A stretch of DNA of 64,000 bases from Elusimicrobiales bacterium (GTDB lineage: Bacteria > Elusimicrobiota > Elusimicrobia > Elusimicrobiales > UBA9959), in assembly GCA_038204165.1 (NCBI GenBank), contig JBBRDG010000001.1:11191-75190 (forward strand). Direction: 5' to 3'. Made by a program: the position numbers and the translations under genes. The notes below the pieces were generated by a model that was not told the origin of the DNA, made no database searches, and was given only the letters and a program-made list of their open reading frames with translations. Below, piece by piece: positions 1 to 10,423 of the stretch (its first letter is position 1; each line of letters starts with the position of its first letter).

Positions 1-547
1 GCGCGTCTATCTTTTTATTGCTAAAAGGCAGCAGGTATTCCACGGCCACCGCGGCCGCCACCGGCTTGGAACACCAGCCTTCTTCAACCAGCGGCACAAA
101 GAGCGGGCAGGCCTTCTCGATGACTTTTACGCGTGCGTCGGCCGCAGCCAGCGCCCTGGTGTAGGCGCGGCTCTTCACTGTGGCGGAAGTGCCGGTCACC
201 AGCACTCGCCCGCCGTGAGGAACCACGGCGAGCGCCGCGTCCACCCCGGGCACAATAACGCCCATCACGGGCACCGGGGAAATCCGGCGGACTTCGTCCA
301 GCGCCAGCGACGAGGCGGTATTGCAGGCCACCACTAGCAATTTTATTTTTTTCTTAATCAGGAAAGAGGCGATTTCTTTGGAAAAGGCGATCACGGCCTC
401 GGGAGACTTGGTGCCGTAAGGCACCCGGGCGGTGTCGCCGAAATAGATCAGGTTCTCGCCGGGCAGCAGGTTGCGCAGTTCCTTAAATACCGTAAGCCCG
501 CCTAGCCCGGAATCAAAAACGCCTATAGGTCTTTCGCTATTCTTCAT
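1..547 (-). CDS. murI: glutamate racemase (C-terminal end cut by window edge)
   Basis: Own translation from ATG (complement of 545-547): MKNSERPIGVFDSGLGGLTVFKEL...LLVVACNTASSLA. GVFDSGxGGLTV and ACNTAS are MurI signatures. Not in the ORF track because no stop lies inside the window. Confidence 0.85.
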   Translation of the reverse strand, partial: MKNSERPIGVFDSGLGGLTVFKELRNLLPGENLIYFGDTARVPYGTKSPEAVIAFSKEIASFLIKKKIKLLVVACNTASSLALDEVRRISPVPVMGVIVPGVDAALAVVPHGGRVLVTGTSATVKSRAYTRALAAADARVKVIEKACPLFVPLVEEGWCSKPVAAAVAVEYLLPFSNKKIDA

Positions 548-563
548 ATGCTCCGGCACCCTG

Positions 564-2138
564 TCATTTCCACTGTTTCATTTCGGCGTACTTAAGTATC
601 CCCTTATGGATCGCGTTGGCTATCTTGGTCCTGCCCTTTTTGTCGTTTAAAACTTTTTCATCGCTGGAATTGCTCATGAAGCCCATTTCCACCAGGATAC
701 CCGGCGAGTAGGTCCCCCTCAACACGTAAAAGGCGGCCTGTTTCACGCCGCGGTTCACAAAGGGCGTGCGCTTTTCCATTTCCGTACTGACGAGCCCGGC
801 CAGCCGGCTGCCTTCATTCAGGTATTCGTTCCTGGCCATCGAGTGCAGCAGCATCGCCGTAGCGTCCGGCTGCCCGCCGCCATCCTCCAGGCCCACCACG
901 GAGTTTTCGTAGTCGGCCACTTCGGCGGCCCCGGGATCAGAGGCCTTCTCCGACATGAAATAAATCTCGAAGCCCTTCTCGCGCCGGTCGCGCGAGGCGT
1001 TGGCGTGGATGGAGATAAAAATATCGGCCTTAAAATTATTCGCGATTATAGACCGGTCAGCCAGCGGCACGAAAACGTCGGAATTGCGGGTCAGCAGCAC
1101 GTCGAACATTTCGCCGCCCTTCAGCAATTCATACAGTTCCTTGGCCACCAGCAGGTTCATCTCTTTTTCCTTCAGCCCGAACAGTTTGCGGCCGCCCGGA
1201 TCTTTGCCGCCGTGCCCCGCGTCGATTACGATCTTTTTACGGCCGGATTTTTCCAGCACCATCTTGTCCGGAATGTTCACGCCCGAAACCGAAGAGGCGG
1301 ATACCGCTGAGGCGGTCTCGGCCGAAGGCGGGATAACCACGGCCTCCCCGGCCGGAGCGCCGCTGACGCCCTGCGGGATCGTAGTATGTTCCTTGGCGAT
1401 ATCCAGCACAATCCGGTCCGGATCGGAAAGCTTGAAGGCGGTAACCTTGCCAAAATTATCGCCCGGGTTTATTACCACGCGGGCCATCTTGTTCTCCTGG
1501 AACATATCCACGCCCTGCACCACGCCGTCGCCGATGGAAAGCTTCTCTTCGCCCCTCATCACGCCGTTGGAAATAGTAACGGCGAGAATGTTATTCTCTT
1601 TCTGCGTGGTCTGCCACTCCAGCGGCTCCTCCATATAAATCACAATCCGCGTCTTGTCCTGGTAGGAAAAATAATTAATAGAGGTAATGTTCACTTCGCG
1701 CTGCGCGGCGAGCGCCCCGGTGGTCTGGTTATAATCCAGCCTGAAGCCGAACGCTTCCGCGAAATGCTTGGAGATAAAAAAATCAAGCGCCAGGAAAGCC
1801 TTACCGCCGCGCACTATCATCGGGTTGGGGAAATCCGCCTTTTCGTCGTTGATGGAGATAGAATCGGACTTCATGAAAAAAATGACCTTGTTGCCCTTTA
1901 TCTGCAGCAGCAGCTTACCGGAAACCGGGTACCAATAAATTTTCCCGCCGATCAGCCTGGCCGCCTTTGAAGAATCTAGGTAGACAGTTCCGTTCAGCGT
2001 GTAGGTGCCTATCTTCCCGGCGTAAACTCCGTTCTTAAGATAGGTAACCTCGTCCACCCTGGCCTGCGCCGGGAGGCACAAGGAACTAATCATCAACAAA
2101 GACAATGAAAGCCATTTAAACATAGGAACGTTCTCCAA
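564..2138 (-). CDS. N-acetylmuramoyl-L-alanine amidase (Amidase_3) with N-terminal AMIN-like domains
   Basis: 524-aa ORF with hydrophobic N-terminus. C-terminal IVIDAGHGGKDPG, ISIHANA and EMGFMSN motifs are typical of AmiA/B/C-type amidases. Confidence 0.85.
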   Translation of the reverse strand: MENVPMFKWLSLSLLMISSLCLPAQARVDEVTYLKNGVYAGKIGTYTLNGTVYLDSSKAARLIGGKIYWYPVSGKLLLQIKGNKVIFFMKSDSISINDEKADFPNPMIVRGGKAFLALDFFISKHFAEAFGFRLDYNQTTGALAAQREVNITSINYFSYQDKTRIVIYMEEPLEWQTTQKENNILAVTISNGVMRGEEKLSIGDGVVQGVDMFQENKMARVVINPGDNFGKVTAFKLSDPDRIVLDIAKEHTTIPQGVSGAPAGEAVVIPPSAETASAVSASSVSGVNIPDKMVLEKSGRKKIVIDAGHGGKDPGGRKLFGLKEKEMNLLVAKELYELLKGGEMFDVLLTRNSDVFVPLADRSIIANNFKADIFISIHANASRDRREKGFEIYFMSEKASDPGAAEVADYENSVVGLEDGGGQPDATAMLLHSMARNEYLNEGSRLAGLVSTEMEKRTPFVNRGVKQAAFYVLRGTYSPGILVEMGFMSNSSDEKVLNDKKGRTKIANAIHKGILKYAEMKQWK

Positions 2139-2203
2139 TTATTAAACTCGCGGAAAGCCGCCGGCGGCCGGAACGCCGCCGCCCGGCCGCCAAAGGTTTA
2201 CCA

Positions 2204-3652
2204 TTACTCCAATATTATCCGGTAGTCCTCCCAGGTTAGCTGGGGGTCGGCCGCAAGCTTAACGCTGCGGTGCACGTTCTTCTCTATCATCGAAAGTTTC
2301 TTCTTGAGCACCTCGCAGAGTATCGGGTGCGTGACCACGCGCAGGTTGCCCCCGGGGCGGCCCATCGTAATATTGTGGATCTCCCGCTGGATCTTGATGC
2401 GAATGCTCTCGCTGGAAAGCACGCGGCCGGAACCGTGGCACTCGGGGCACTCCTCGGTGAGCAGGCTGACGGTACTCTCGCGCTTGCGCTCGCGGGTCAT
2501 TTCCACCAGGCCCAGGCGCGTCACGGGCAGGATGCGGATCTTGGCGCGGTCGCGGATGACAGCCTTCTCCATGGCCTCCACCAGCTTATGCCGGTTGGAA
2601 GCTTTCTTCATGTCTATGAAGTCGATAACGATGATACCGCCGATGTTGCGCAGCCGGAGCTGGCGGGCCGCTTCCTGCGCGGCCTCGAGGTTGGTGGCGG
2701 TCACGGTCTCTTCCTGGGACTTGGAACCGGTGAAGCGCCCGGTGTTCACGTCGATAGCGCACAGGGACTCGGCCTCCTGGATAATGATGCTGCCGCCGTT
2801 CGGGAGCGGCACCTTTATCCTGCGCAGCTCGTCTATATCCTTCTCTATGTTGAAAGCCTTGAAGATAGGGGTCTTGTTGTCGTAGAACTTTATTCGGTCC
2901 TTCAGTTCCGGGGAAATCTTGGAGGCGAATTCCTGCACATTATTAAAGTCCTCTTTGTTGTCCAGCATGTAAATGGTGGTATCTTCCGAAAGGATATCGC
3001 GCGCCACCTGCATGGTCATGTCCATGTCCTTATGCAGCAGCGCCGGTGGCCTGCTGGTGTCGAAGCGGGACTGCACGGTGTCCCACATCTTAAGCAGGTA
3101 TTTAACCTCGCGTTCCATCTCTTCCTCGGTAGCGCCCTCGGCCTCGGTACGCACTATGCAGCCCTTCGTCCCCAGCGTCTTGGTATCGGCGATCTTGCGC
3201 ATGATTTCGGAGAGGCGCTTGCGCTCCTCGGCGTTCTCGATGTTCTTGGACACGCCCACAAATTCCTGGAAGGGGGTCAGCACCAGGAAGCGCCCGGGCA
3301 GGGACACGTCCATGGTCACCTTCATGCCCTTGGTGCCGATGGCGTCCTTGGTCACCTGCACCATCACTTCCTGATCCTTGCGAAGCAGCTTATCAATCGG
3401 CTCTTTCTGGTTACCGAGCACGTCGGAAATATAGATATAGGCGTTCTTGTCCAGCCCGATGTTCATGAACGCACTGGAGATACCGGGCAGCACGTTCTCC
3501 ACAACGGCCTTGTAGATGTTGCCCACGATATTCCCGGAGCTCCTGCGCTCCCAGAACAGTTCCGCCAGTTTGCCATCCTCTATAATAGCGATGCGGGTCT
3601 CCTCGAACGAAGTGTTCGCGAAAATCTCTTTTTTGAATTTTGCGTTTGTCAT
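2204..3652 (-). CDS. rng: ribonuclease G/E family endoribonuclease
   Basis: 482 aa with N-terminal S1-like region. GGIIVIDFIDM and CPxCxGxG (CPECHGSG) motifs. Size fits RNase G rather than RNase E. Confidence 0.85.
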   Translation of the reverse strand: MTNAKFKKEIFANTSFEETRIAIIEDGKLAELFWERRSSGNIVGNIYKAVVENVLPGISSAFMNIGLDKNAYIYISDVLGNQKEPIDKLLRKDQEVMVQVTKDAIGTKGMKVTMDVSLPGRFLVLTPFQEFVGVSKNIENAEERKRLSEIMRKIADTKTLGTKGCIVRTEAEGATEEEMEREVKYLLKMWDTVQSRFDTSRPPALLHKDMDMTMQVARDILSEDTTIYMLDNKEDFNNVQEFASKISPELKDRIKFYDNKTPIFKAFNIEKDIDELRRIKVPLPNGGSIIIQEAESLCAIDVNTGRFTGSKSQEETVTATNLEAAQEAARQLRLRNIGGIIVIDFIDMKKASNRHKLVEAMEKAVIRDRAKIRILPVTRLGLVEMTRERKRESTVSLLTEECPECHGSGRVLSSESIRIKIQREIHNITMGRPGGNLRVVTHPILCEVLKKKLSMIEKNVHRSVKLAADPQLTWEDYRIILE

Positions 3653-3689
3653 AATAAACTCTCCTTAAATACTAGAAAACTTTGAATGC

Positions 3690-4370
3690 TTAGAAAACCT
3701 CCAGCTTGCCGCTGGAATCAAACCAGTACAATTCCTTCCTCACTATGCGTTTGAACGCGGGCTTTCCCCCCGCCATCAGTTCAGCTACCGTCTCGGGTTT
3801 AACGTTCCTTCCGGACTCAAGTTTCAGGGTGACTTTCAGCAGCGCGCTCTCCGGATCAAAAGAAGAAGCCAGCACCGGGGTCCGGGCGTCCAGCGTCTTG
3901 CGTTCGCCCGAGGGCTTCACTTTCTCGAAAGGCAGGTCCTTGAGCGCCATGAACGCGTCCACGGCAGCCTGCGAGAAACCCGCCGGGAACTCTCCCTCCA
4001 TAAAATACTCCGCAGCGTTGACCGCGGCCTCTATGGACGGGAAGAACACCGGGATGCGCCTGGTGGAAAGCAGGCGGAAAAATTCGTCATCCTGCGGCTG
4101 GATCTTTTCCATCACGGCCGCTTCCTTAACGAATTCTTCCAGGTACAGGTCGGCGTATTCGCACAGGCTCTCGTGGCCCACAGACACCGCCGGGCCGAAG
4201 GCCATCTTGGGCGTGACGGACCCGCCTACCTTGGCCGGCCAGTACTTGAGCCCGCTGACCGCCGCGCGGCCGCGCAGCGCTTTTATCTGCTCCAGGTGGC
4301 TAAGGTCCTTCGCAGGCCCGAGCCTGGCGAACTTCAGCCTTATCCGCGATTTAGGTCCTTCGTTCATCAT
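3690..4370 (-). CDS. TIGR03936/DUF2344 radical-SAM-associated protein
   Basis: 226 aa. N-terminus RIRLKFARLGPAKDLSHLE resembles DUF2344 proteins that usually neighbour rng/rne. Confidence 0.6.
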   Translation of the reverse strand: MMNEGPKSRIRLKFARLGPAKDLSHLEQIKALRGRAAVSGLKYWPAKVGGSVTPKMAFGPAVSVGHESLCEYADLYLEEFVKEAAVMEKIQPQDDEFFRLLSTRRIPVFFPSIEAAVNAAEYFMEGEFPAGFSQAAVDAFMALKDLPFEKVKPSGERKTLDARTPVLASSFDPESALLKVTLKLESGRNVKPETVAELMAGGKPAFKRIVRKELYWFDSSGKLEVF

Positions 4371-4412
4371 AAGTAGAATTTCACAGTTGCAAGTTATAGT
4401 TCAAACGTCCTG

Positions 4413-5753
4413 TCACACCAGCGCGTAACGCCGCGCGTAAACCGATTCCGCTATCCCCAGCGCCGCCATCGTGGCCACCAGGTTAGATCCCCCGTAGGAA
4501 AGCAACGGCAACGGCACCCCGGCCACCGGCGCGAAGCCCAGCAGCATCCCGAAATTTATGCAGAAATAGACCAGGAACATGCCGAAGATCCCGCAGTTCA
4601 CCAGGTAGCCGAAGCGGTCGCGGGCGAGACGCGCGCCCTGCATGATGCGACCCATCATCAGCACGTAGAGCCCGGTGACCAGCAGCATACCCCAGAAGCC
4701 CAGCTCCTCGCCGACCACGGCCAGAATAAAGTCGGTGTGCCGCTCGGGCACGAACCCCAGGCGCGACTGCGTGCCGGAAAAAACGCCGCGGCCCAGGATA
4801 CCGCCGGAGCCTATGGCGATGCGCGCCTGCAGCAGGTTATAGCCGGCCCCGCGCGGGTCGGTCTCGGGCGACAGGAAGACCTCAAGGCGCTTCTGCTGGT
4901 AGTCCTTCATCTGGTTCTTAACCAGCATGCCGGAGAAAAAGCCCATCGTCAGCACCAGTACGAAGCCGGCGAAATACACGCCGGTGACGTTGGCGTAAAG
5001 CTTCACCGAAAGCCGCCATAGGGCCCACCCGCAGGCGGACACTATCGCTATAAAAGTGAGCGCGCTCAGCCAGGAGTCGGACAGGTGGTAGAAGTAGCTT
5101 ACCAGCGAACTATCCAGCAGTTCGGGGTTCAGGTTGATAATGCTCCACAGAATCGGAAAGAGGGCGGAGATGAAGGCGTAGCCAATTATGATGGACAGGT
5201 GGAAGATGCTGGCGCCCGAAGCGAAAAGCATGATCAGCGCCACCGGGAAGGTTATCAGAATAGCGGAGAAGTCCGGCTGTTTGATCAGCAGGAAAAAGAC
5301 AGGCACACAAAGCGCGAAGGCTCCAAGCACGGTCTGCAGCTCGCGGATCTTGCCGATTCTTTTATCCAGGAAATTCGCCAGCACCAGAATAAGGCCGACA
5401 CGCGCGAACTCCGAGGGCTGAATGGAAAAGAAGGGCAGGCGGTACCAGGAGCGGGCGCCCTTGTCCACTACGCCGAAGATCAGCACTCCGGCGAGGATCA
5501 GCAGCAGCAGCCCGTAGACATATTTCCACTGGTCCTGGTAGATCTGGTAGTTCAGGCTCCAGGCTACGGAGAAGGCCAGCAGGCCGAGCGGGATAGCTAT
5601 CAGCTGGATGCGAATGATCCTGGCCTGCTGCGGGAGCACCGCCACGGAAGAAAATACCGCGATCGTCCCTACGGCCAGGAGTACCAGCACGGCCAGGAAC
5701 AGCGCCCAGTCCATGCGGCTCTTTTTCAGCCCTGTCTGAGGAGTAAATATCAC
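4413..5753 (-). CDS. rodA: rod shape-determining SEDS glycosyltransferase RodA
   Basis: 446 aa, about 10 TM segments. FtsW/RodA motifs PERHTDFILAVVGEELG and PLPLLSYGGSN. ATGA-type overlap with the mrdA stop. Confidence 0.9.
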   Translation of the reverse strand: MIFTPQTGLKKSRMDWALFLAVLVLLAVGTIAVFSSVAVLPQQARIIRIQLIAIPLGLLAFSVAWSLNYQIYQDQWKYVYGLLLLILAGVLIFGVVDKGARSWYRLPFFSIQPSEFARVGLILVLANFLDKRIGKIRELQTVLGAFALCVPVFFLLIKQPDFSAILITFPVALIMLFASGASIFHLSIIIGYAFISALFPILWSIINLNPELLDSSLVSYFYHLSDSWLSALTFIAIVSACGWALWRLSVKLYANVTGVYFAGFVLVLTMGFFSGMLVKNQMKDYQQKRLEVFLSPETDPRGAGYNLLQARIAIGSGGILGRGVFSGTQSRLGFVPERHTDFILAVVGEELGFWGMLLVTGLYVLMMGRIMQGARLARDRFGYLVNCGIFGMFLVYFCINFGMLLGFAPVAGVPLPLLSYGGSNLVATMAALGIAESVYARRYALV

Positions 5754-7627
5754 ATAGCCCCCTTAGCCGGAACCGTGGCAGGAAGCGGGAGCCCGGAGGG
5801 CTGTAGGCCGGCGGGTGCTGCGGTGGACGCGGGAACGGCTGACGCGGAATTTTTAAGTTTGAGATCGTCGCGCAGAATAGCCTCGATAACGGCCTTGGCT
5901 ATGGGAGCGGCGGCGGAAGCGCCGTGCAGGCCGTGCTCTATCAGCACGGCCACGGCCACCTTGGAGGGTTCGTCGTTAACGGTGGCATAGGCCACAAACC
6001 AGGCGTGGTCCTTTCCCTGGGGGTTCTGCGCGGTGCCGGTCTTGCCGTACATCTCCGCGCCTTTTATCTTGGCGGCCTGCCCGGTACCTTCGGAGACCAC
6101 GCTCTTTAAGCCCTCGCGGATAAGAGCCCAGGTCTGCGGCTTCAGGTCCACACGGCTAAGAATCTCTGATTTGCCGCGGGACGGCAGGACCTGCCCGTCG
6201 CTCTTGACGATGCGGTCAACATAGTAAGGCCGGTGAAAGATCCCGCCGTTGGCCACCGCCGCTATCTCTCCGGCGGCCTGCATCGGTGTCATCAGGGTCT
6301 CGCCCTGGCCTATGGCCAGGTTTAAAGTGTCGCCTATAAACCAGTAGCTTTTTTTGGCGGCGCGGGCGCTGGGCCCGAAAACGTTGCCCTGCTTTTCGTC
6401 GGGAAGAGCGATACCGGAAGTCTGGCCCAGGCGGAACGCGCGCGCGTACTTTTCTATATTCAGAGCGCCGGCCCGCTGGCCGCTAACGTAAAAATACACA
6501 TCGCAGGACCTGGACAAACCCTCCACGAAAGCTACCTGACCGTGCCCTTTTTTATCCCAGCACTTAAACACGCGGCTGCCGGCGTCGTAGAAACCCGGGC
6601 AGAAAACTTTATCGTCGGGGCTCACACGGCCCGACTCGAGGATGGCGGCGGCGGTTATGATCTTAAAGATGGAGCCGGGCGGGTAGGCGCCCTGCAGCGC
6701 CACGTTGAACTCCGGCAGCGTCTTGCCGGCGGGCAGGCCCTCTTTCTCTGAGCCTGAAAGCACGAACATGTTGGGATCGTAATCGGGCGCGGAGGCGAAG
6801 GCGAGTACCCGGCCGTCACGCGGGTCCAGCGCCACCACAGCCCCCTTGCCGCTGATAGATTTCTTCAGGCCCTCTTCGGCCGCGGCCTGCGCCTTGGAAT
6901 CTATCGTCAGGAAGATATCGGCGCCGGGGACCCACTTGCGGCTCTCCAGTACCCGGTTCACTTTGCCCCGGGAATCCACCTCCAGATAGATGCCGCCGTC
7001 CTTCCCGCGCAGTTCCTTCTCATACATCTTCTCCAGCCCGGTCTTGCCCAGGCGCGAGTCCATGGAGTAATTCTTATCCTTCGAACGCGCAGCCCATTCC
7101 TTGACGTCCATCCTGCCTATATAACCCATCAGGTGCGTGAGATAAGCGCCGAAGGGGTAGTAACGCCTGGCTTCCACTATTATATCGATGCCGGGGTAAA
7201 CGGCTTTCAGTTCCGAGAGGGCCAGCATGATCTTTGGAGGCAGGTTTTCGGCGAGGCGCACCGGTTTTTCCCTGGCCGCGGCGCGTGAAATGGCCGCGCG
7301 CAGGTCTTCGTAGTCCGCGCCCAGCGGCCTGGCCAGCGCTTTGGACATGCGCTCGATCTCGGCGTTGGTCCGGCTCTGGCCGGGAAAATAGATCAGGCTG
7401 AAAGAAGGCTTACTGGTGGCCAGCGCCACGTCGTCGGAAGAGAAGATCCTGCCGCGCGGGGCGGCCTGCGCTATAATCTGGGTGCGGTTCTTCTCGGCTA
7501 TCTCGCGGTAATGCGCCGAGTCCAGCACCTGCAGGTTTACCAGACGGATCAGGAAAAGCAGCGCGGCGCCGTAAGCCAGCACCCAGAGCAGCTGCAGTCT
7601 TTCCTGGGGTATCTGACGGTCGATCAT
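5750..7627 (-). CDS. mrdA: penicillin-binding protein 2 (elongasome transpeptidase)
   Basis: SxxK (PPGSIFK) and KTG (GKTGTAQ) motifs. Start moved from track position 7780 to ATG 7627 (MIDRQIP...), which overlaps the mreD stop as ATGA. The upstream extension would overlap mreD. Confidence 0.9.
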   Translation of the reverse strand: MIDRQIPQERLQLLWVLAYGAALLFLIRLVNLQVLDSAHYREIAEKNRTQIIAQAAPRGRIFSSDDVALATSKPSFSLIYFPGQSRTNAEIERMSKALARPLGADYEDLRAAISRAAAREKPVRLAENLPPKIMLALSELKAVYPGIDIIVEARRYYPFGAYLTHLMGYIGRMDVKEWAARSKDKNYSMDSRLGKTGLEKMYEKELRGKDGGIYLEVDSRGKVNRVLESRKWVPGADIFLTIDSKAQAAAEEGLKKSISGKGAVVALDPRDGRVLAFASAPDYDPNMFVLSGSEKEGLPAGKTLPEFNVALQGAYPPGSIFKIITAAAILESGRVSPDDKVFCPGFYDAGSRVFKCWDKKGHGQVAFVEGLSRSCDVYFYVSGQRAGALNIEKYARAFRLGQTSGIALPDEKQGNVFGPSARAAKKSYWFIGDTLNLAIGQGETLMTPMQAAGEIAAVANGGIFHRPYYVDRIVKSDGQVLPSRGKSEILSRVDLKPQTWALIREGLKSVVSEGTGQAAKIKGAEMYGKTGTAQNPQGKDHAWFVAYATVNDEPSKVAVAVLIEHGLHGASAAAPIAKAVIEAILRDDLKLKNSASAVPASTAAPAGLQPSGLPLPATVPAKGAM

Positions 7628-8103
7628 AGGATGTCGAACCGCCGTTTCAGCCCTCGAAAAACCTGGAACACCACCGGCACAACCAGCGCATTCAGGAAAG
7701 GTTCCGCGAGGAGAATTTTCAGCCCGATCGGATTTAAATGGGAGAAAGAAAGACAAAGGCCCTGGTAGAAAAGCATGCACATCCAGGAGAGCGCCAACGC
7801 CGCCACCAGCTGCGAGAAGGGGCTATCCAGGTCGAAATGGCGCTTCATCACATAAACGCCGTAGGCCATAAGGGTATAGGACAGGGCGTAGCCGCCGAAC
7901 ATGCTGGAGCCCAGCATATCGGCGTAGAGCCCCAGGAAGAAGCCCCAAGCTATGGCTTTTATCGGGCCGGCCAGGATGGCGGAGCAGAGCGCCGCGGCGA
8001 AGATGAAATTGGGGGCCAGGCCGAAGAAGGAGATGTTCTGGGTCCACCACCAGTAGAAACCGCCGGTCGCGAGATACAGCAATATTTCAAGAATGAAGCT
8101 CAT
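7624..8103 (-). CDS. mreD: rod shape-determining protein MreD
   Basis: 159-aa polytopic membrane ORF between mreC and mrdA, with 4-nt overlaps on both sides. Confidence 0.75.
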   Translation of the reverse strand: MSFILEILLYLATGGFYWWWTQNISFFGLAPNFIFAAALCSAILAGPIKAIAWGFFLGLYADMLGSSMFGGYALSYTLMAYGVYVMKRHFDLDSPFSQLVAALALSWMCMLFYQGLCLSFSHLNPIGLKILLAEPFLNALVVPVVFQVFRGLKRRFDIL

Positions 8104-8954
8104 TTCTTATCCGCCCTGCCGCCCAGACTCTCGGGCAGGCTGCGCTTAAGCACGAAAACTTCCTTTAGCGTGTTTACGTCCACCGCGGGCGCTACGTCCG
8201 CGGTCATAAAATTCATGAACGATTCGCGCGGGTACACCTTGGTGACCTTGCCGACGTATATGCCGGGCGGGAACAGCAGGCCGCCGGGAGAAGTTTTAAG
8301 CTCCGCCCCTTCGGCCAGCGCAGACTCTTCCGGCACGTAGTTCACCTTGAGCCGCCAGGTGCCCCGGCCCTCTACCAGCGCTTCAAAACCGGAAGGCTCG
8401 ATGGAGCAGACGGCTGACGCGGCGCTGTTGGTCAGCAGCAGAACTTTTGAGAATTTGGGGTAAACTTCGAGCACGCGGCCGGCCAGCCCAGCACGCTCCC
8501 CCTGCATGCCCATCACGGTATCATTGACGTTTATCCCCTCTTCGGAACCCTTATCAATAAAGAAGGAACCATACCAGTCGGCGGGCGTCTTATTAATAAT
8601 CCTTGCCCAGGAGCCGCTCCAGGGTAGCCCGCGGGAAAGGCGCATCTCGCTCGCCAGGCGGTCGCTCTCGGAAACCTGCGCGGCCTGGTTCTGCAGCTGG
8701 AGTTCCAGCGCCCGAACCTTGTCTTTCAGCACGCGATTCTCCTGATCTGTTTCAAGAAGGGCCAGGAAGTTGGCGGGGACGTTGCGCACGAAATGACCGT
8801 ACTTGGCGCCGTAATGCATGGAGGGATAAAAGCTGTAACTCACCGCGATGCGCGCGGTGTGGGCCAGTTTAGATGCCGGGAAAATGAGAAGGAGGACCGA
8901 AAGGGCGGCAAAAAAGACTACTGCGTAGTTAGCTGCGTCTTTTTCTCTGCTCAT
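8100..8954 (-). CDS. mreC: rod shape-determining protein MreC
   Basis: 284 aa with N-terminal TM, then a coiled-coil (LELQLQNQAAQ), then a beta-rich C-terminus. Lies directly after mreB. Confidence 0.85.
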   Translation of the reverse strand: MSREKDAANYAVVFFAALSVLLLIFPASKLAHTARIAVSYSFYPSMHYGAKYGHFVRNVPANFLALLETDQENRVLKDKVRALELQLQNQAAQVSESDRLASEMRLSRGLPWSGSWARIINKTPADWYGSFFIDKGSEEGINVNDTVMGMQGERAGLAGRVLEVYPKFSKVLLLTNSAASAVCSIEPSGFEALVEGRGTWRLKVNYVPEESALAEGAELKTSPGGLLFPPGIYVGKVTKVYPRESFMNFMTADVAPAVDVNTLKEVFVLKRSLPESLGGRADKK

Positions 8955-9007
8955 CGCCTGTCCCCTAAAGGACCCGCCTGAGACCGCGCCTCCCCCTTGA
9001 ACGGGGC

Positions 9008-10054
9008 TTAGCTGCGGTACGACTTCAGGAATTCGGGCCGCTGCTGGATTTTATCCAGTTCTTCCAGATATTTACCGCAGCCCAAGGCGACACAGCTTAA
9101 AGGATCGGCAGCTCTGTGAACAGGAAGCTCGGTTTCCTGCCGGATGAGTTCGGGGAAGCCGCGGAGCAGCGATCCCCCGCCCGCCAGCACCATCCCGCGG
9201 TCCACGAGGTCCGAGGAAAGTTCAGGGGGCGTCTCTTCCAGCACCTGCTTAATAACGTCCACTATCAGCTGGACAGGCTCCATCAGAGCCTGTCTTATTT
9301 CTTCCGAAGTCACAAGAATCGTCTTGGGCAGCCCCTTGGCCTGGTCTCTGCCTTTAACTTCAATTGTCTTTTCTTCTTTTAAAGGGAAAACCGATCCTAT
9401 CTGTATCTTAACCTCTTCCGCGGTAGTTTCGCCTATGACTAAATTGTGCTTGCGCCGGAAATACTGCACTATGCAGTCGTCCATCTCGTCGCCGGCCACG
9501 TCGAGGGATTTCGCTACCACCATGCCGCCGAGAGAAATAACTGCCACCTCGGTGGTACCGCCGCCAATGTCGCAGATCATACTCGCATGCGGTTCTGAAA
9601 CGGGAAGGTCTGAACCTATGGCGGCCGCCATCGGTTCCTCGATCAGCGCTACCTCACGGGCGCCCGCCTGCTCGGCGGATTCCTGCACGGCGCGCTTCTC
9701 CACTTCGGTTATGCCTGACGGGATGCCTATCACTATGCGGGGGTGCAGCAGGCTTCTCCGGTTATGCACCTTGCGGATGAAATACTTTATCATTTCCTGG
9801 GTAACTTCGAAGTCCGCGATCACGCCGTTCCGGAGAGGGCGGACCGCCGTGATGTTGGAGGGAGTGCGGCCCAGCATCAGCTTGGCCTCAGCGCCCACCG
9901 CCAGCACCTTCCGCCTGTTCTTGTCTATAGCGACCACGGACGGCTCGCGCAGCACGATACCCTTGCCTTTAACGTAGACAAGAGTATTCGCGGTGCCCAG
10001 ATCTATCCCGATATCGTTTGAGAACAGGCTGAAGAAGTAGTCGAACATTCCCAT
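9008..10054 (-). CDS. mreB: actin-like rod shape protein MreB
   Basis: 348 aa. [14 protein letters not shown] and [16 protein letters not shown] actin-fold ATPase motifs. Confidence 0.97.
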   Translation of the reverse strand: MGMFDYFFSLFSNDIGIDLGTANTLVYVKGKGIVLREPSVVAIDKNRRKVLAVGAEAKLMLGRTPSNITAVRPLRNGVIADFEVTQEMIKYFIRKVHNRRSLLHPRIVIGIPSGITEVEKRAVQESAEQAGAREVALIEEPMAAAIGSDLPVSEPHASMICDIGGGTTEVAVISLGGMVVAKSLDVAGDEMDDCIVQYFRRKHNLVIGETTAEEVKIQIGSVFPLKEEKTIEVKGRDQAKGLPKTILVTSEEIRQALMEPVQLIVDVIKQVLEETPPELSSDLVDRGMVLAGGGSLLRGFPELIRQETELPVHRAADPLSCVALGCGKYLEELDKIQQRPEFLKSYRS

Positions 10055-10059
10055 TTTAT

Positions 10060-10401
10060 TTAGACCAGTTTCACCATAGCCGCTTCAGCCGCGTCGCCCC
10101 TGCGGGCTCCGAGCTTGAGGATACGGGTGCAGCCGCCGGGGCGCTCTTTGTAGCGGGGCGCCAGAACGTCGAAGACCTTATGGTACACGGCCTTGTCTTT
10201 AATGATGCGGCGCACTTCCACATAGCGGCCGTTCTTGGCGTCGGCGATCACGCGCTCCACTACGCGGCGGAGCTCCTTGGCCTTCGGGAGGGTCGTTTCG
10301 ACCTTCTCGTGCAGCAGCAGGCTGGTGGCCATGTTGCTGAACATAGCGCGGCGGTGAGAGCCGGTTCTTGAAAGTTTTCTTGCGCCCAGATTGTTTATCA
10401 T
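10060..10401 (-). CDS. rplQ: 50S ribosomal protein L17
   Basis: 113 aa. [37 protein letters not shown]. Confidence 0.97.
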   Translation of the reverse strand: MINNLGARKLSRTGSHRRAMFSNMATSLLLHEKVETTLPKAKELRRVVERVIADAKNGRYVEVRRIIKDKAVYHKVFDVLAPRYKERPGGCTRILKLGARRGDAAEAAMVKLV

Positions 10402-10423
10402 AAGGGATCCTTAAAACCTGATA

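Noticed and set aside
2163-2195. GC-rich inverted repeat (GGCGGCCGG...CCGGCCGCC) between rng and the amidase gene as a terminator.
   Set aside because: No U-run follows on the coding strand, and the amidase SD follows directly. More likely an incidental GC-rich stem or a minor processing site.
2270-3685. 471-aa plus-strand ORF antisense to rng. Similar long antisense or alternative-frame ORFs occur at 14963-16768 (601 aa, opposite secY/rplO), 16465-17466, 24082-24885, 30536-32167 (543 aa, opposite pyk), 35526-36980 (484 aa, opposite the C11 peptidase) and 27011-27841 (Arg-rich frame inside the Aas-like gene).
   Set aside because: Each lies opposite or inside a gene with unmistakable family motifs. 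Their translations are low-complexity Arg/Gly/Ala/His-rich strings with no motifs, as expected from stop-codon-poor frames in GC-rich DNA.
5750-7780. N-terminal extensions of track ORFs: mrdA to 7780, rplC to 25878, OPT to 58593, DTW gene to 61640, MBL gene from 36965, yerC-like from 38105, C11 from 35589, 46124 gene to 47104, CheY-CheC to 48135, receiver to 51360.
   Set aside because: The extensions overlap upstream genes, terminators or promoters, lack homology, and often begin at TTG. The internal ATGs have SDs, ATGA overlaps or signal peptides that begin exactly there.
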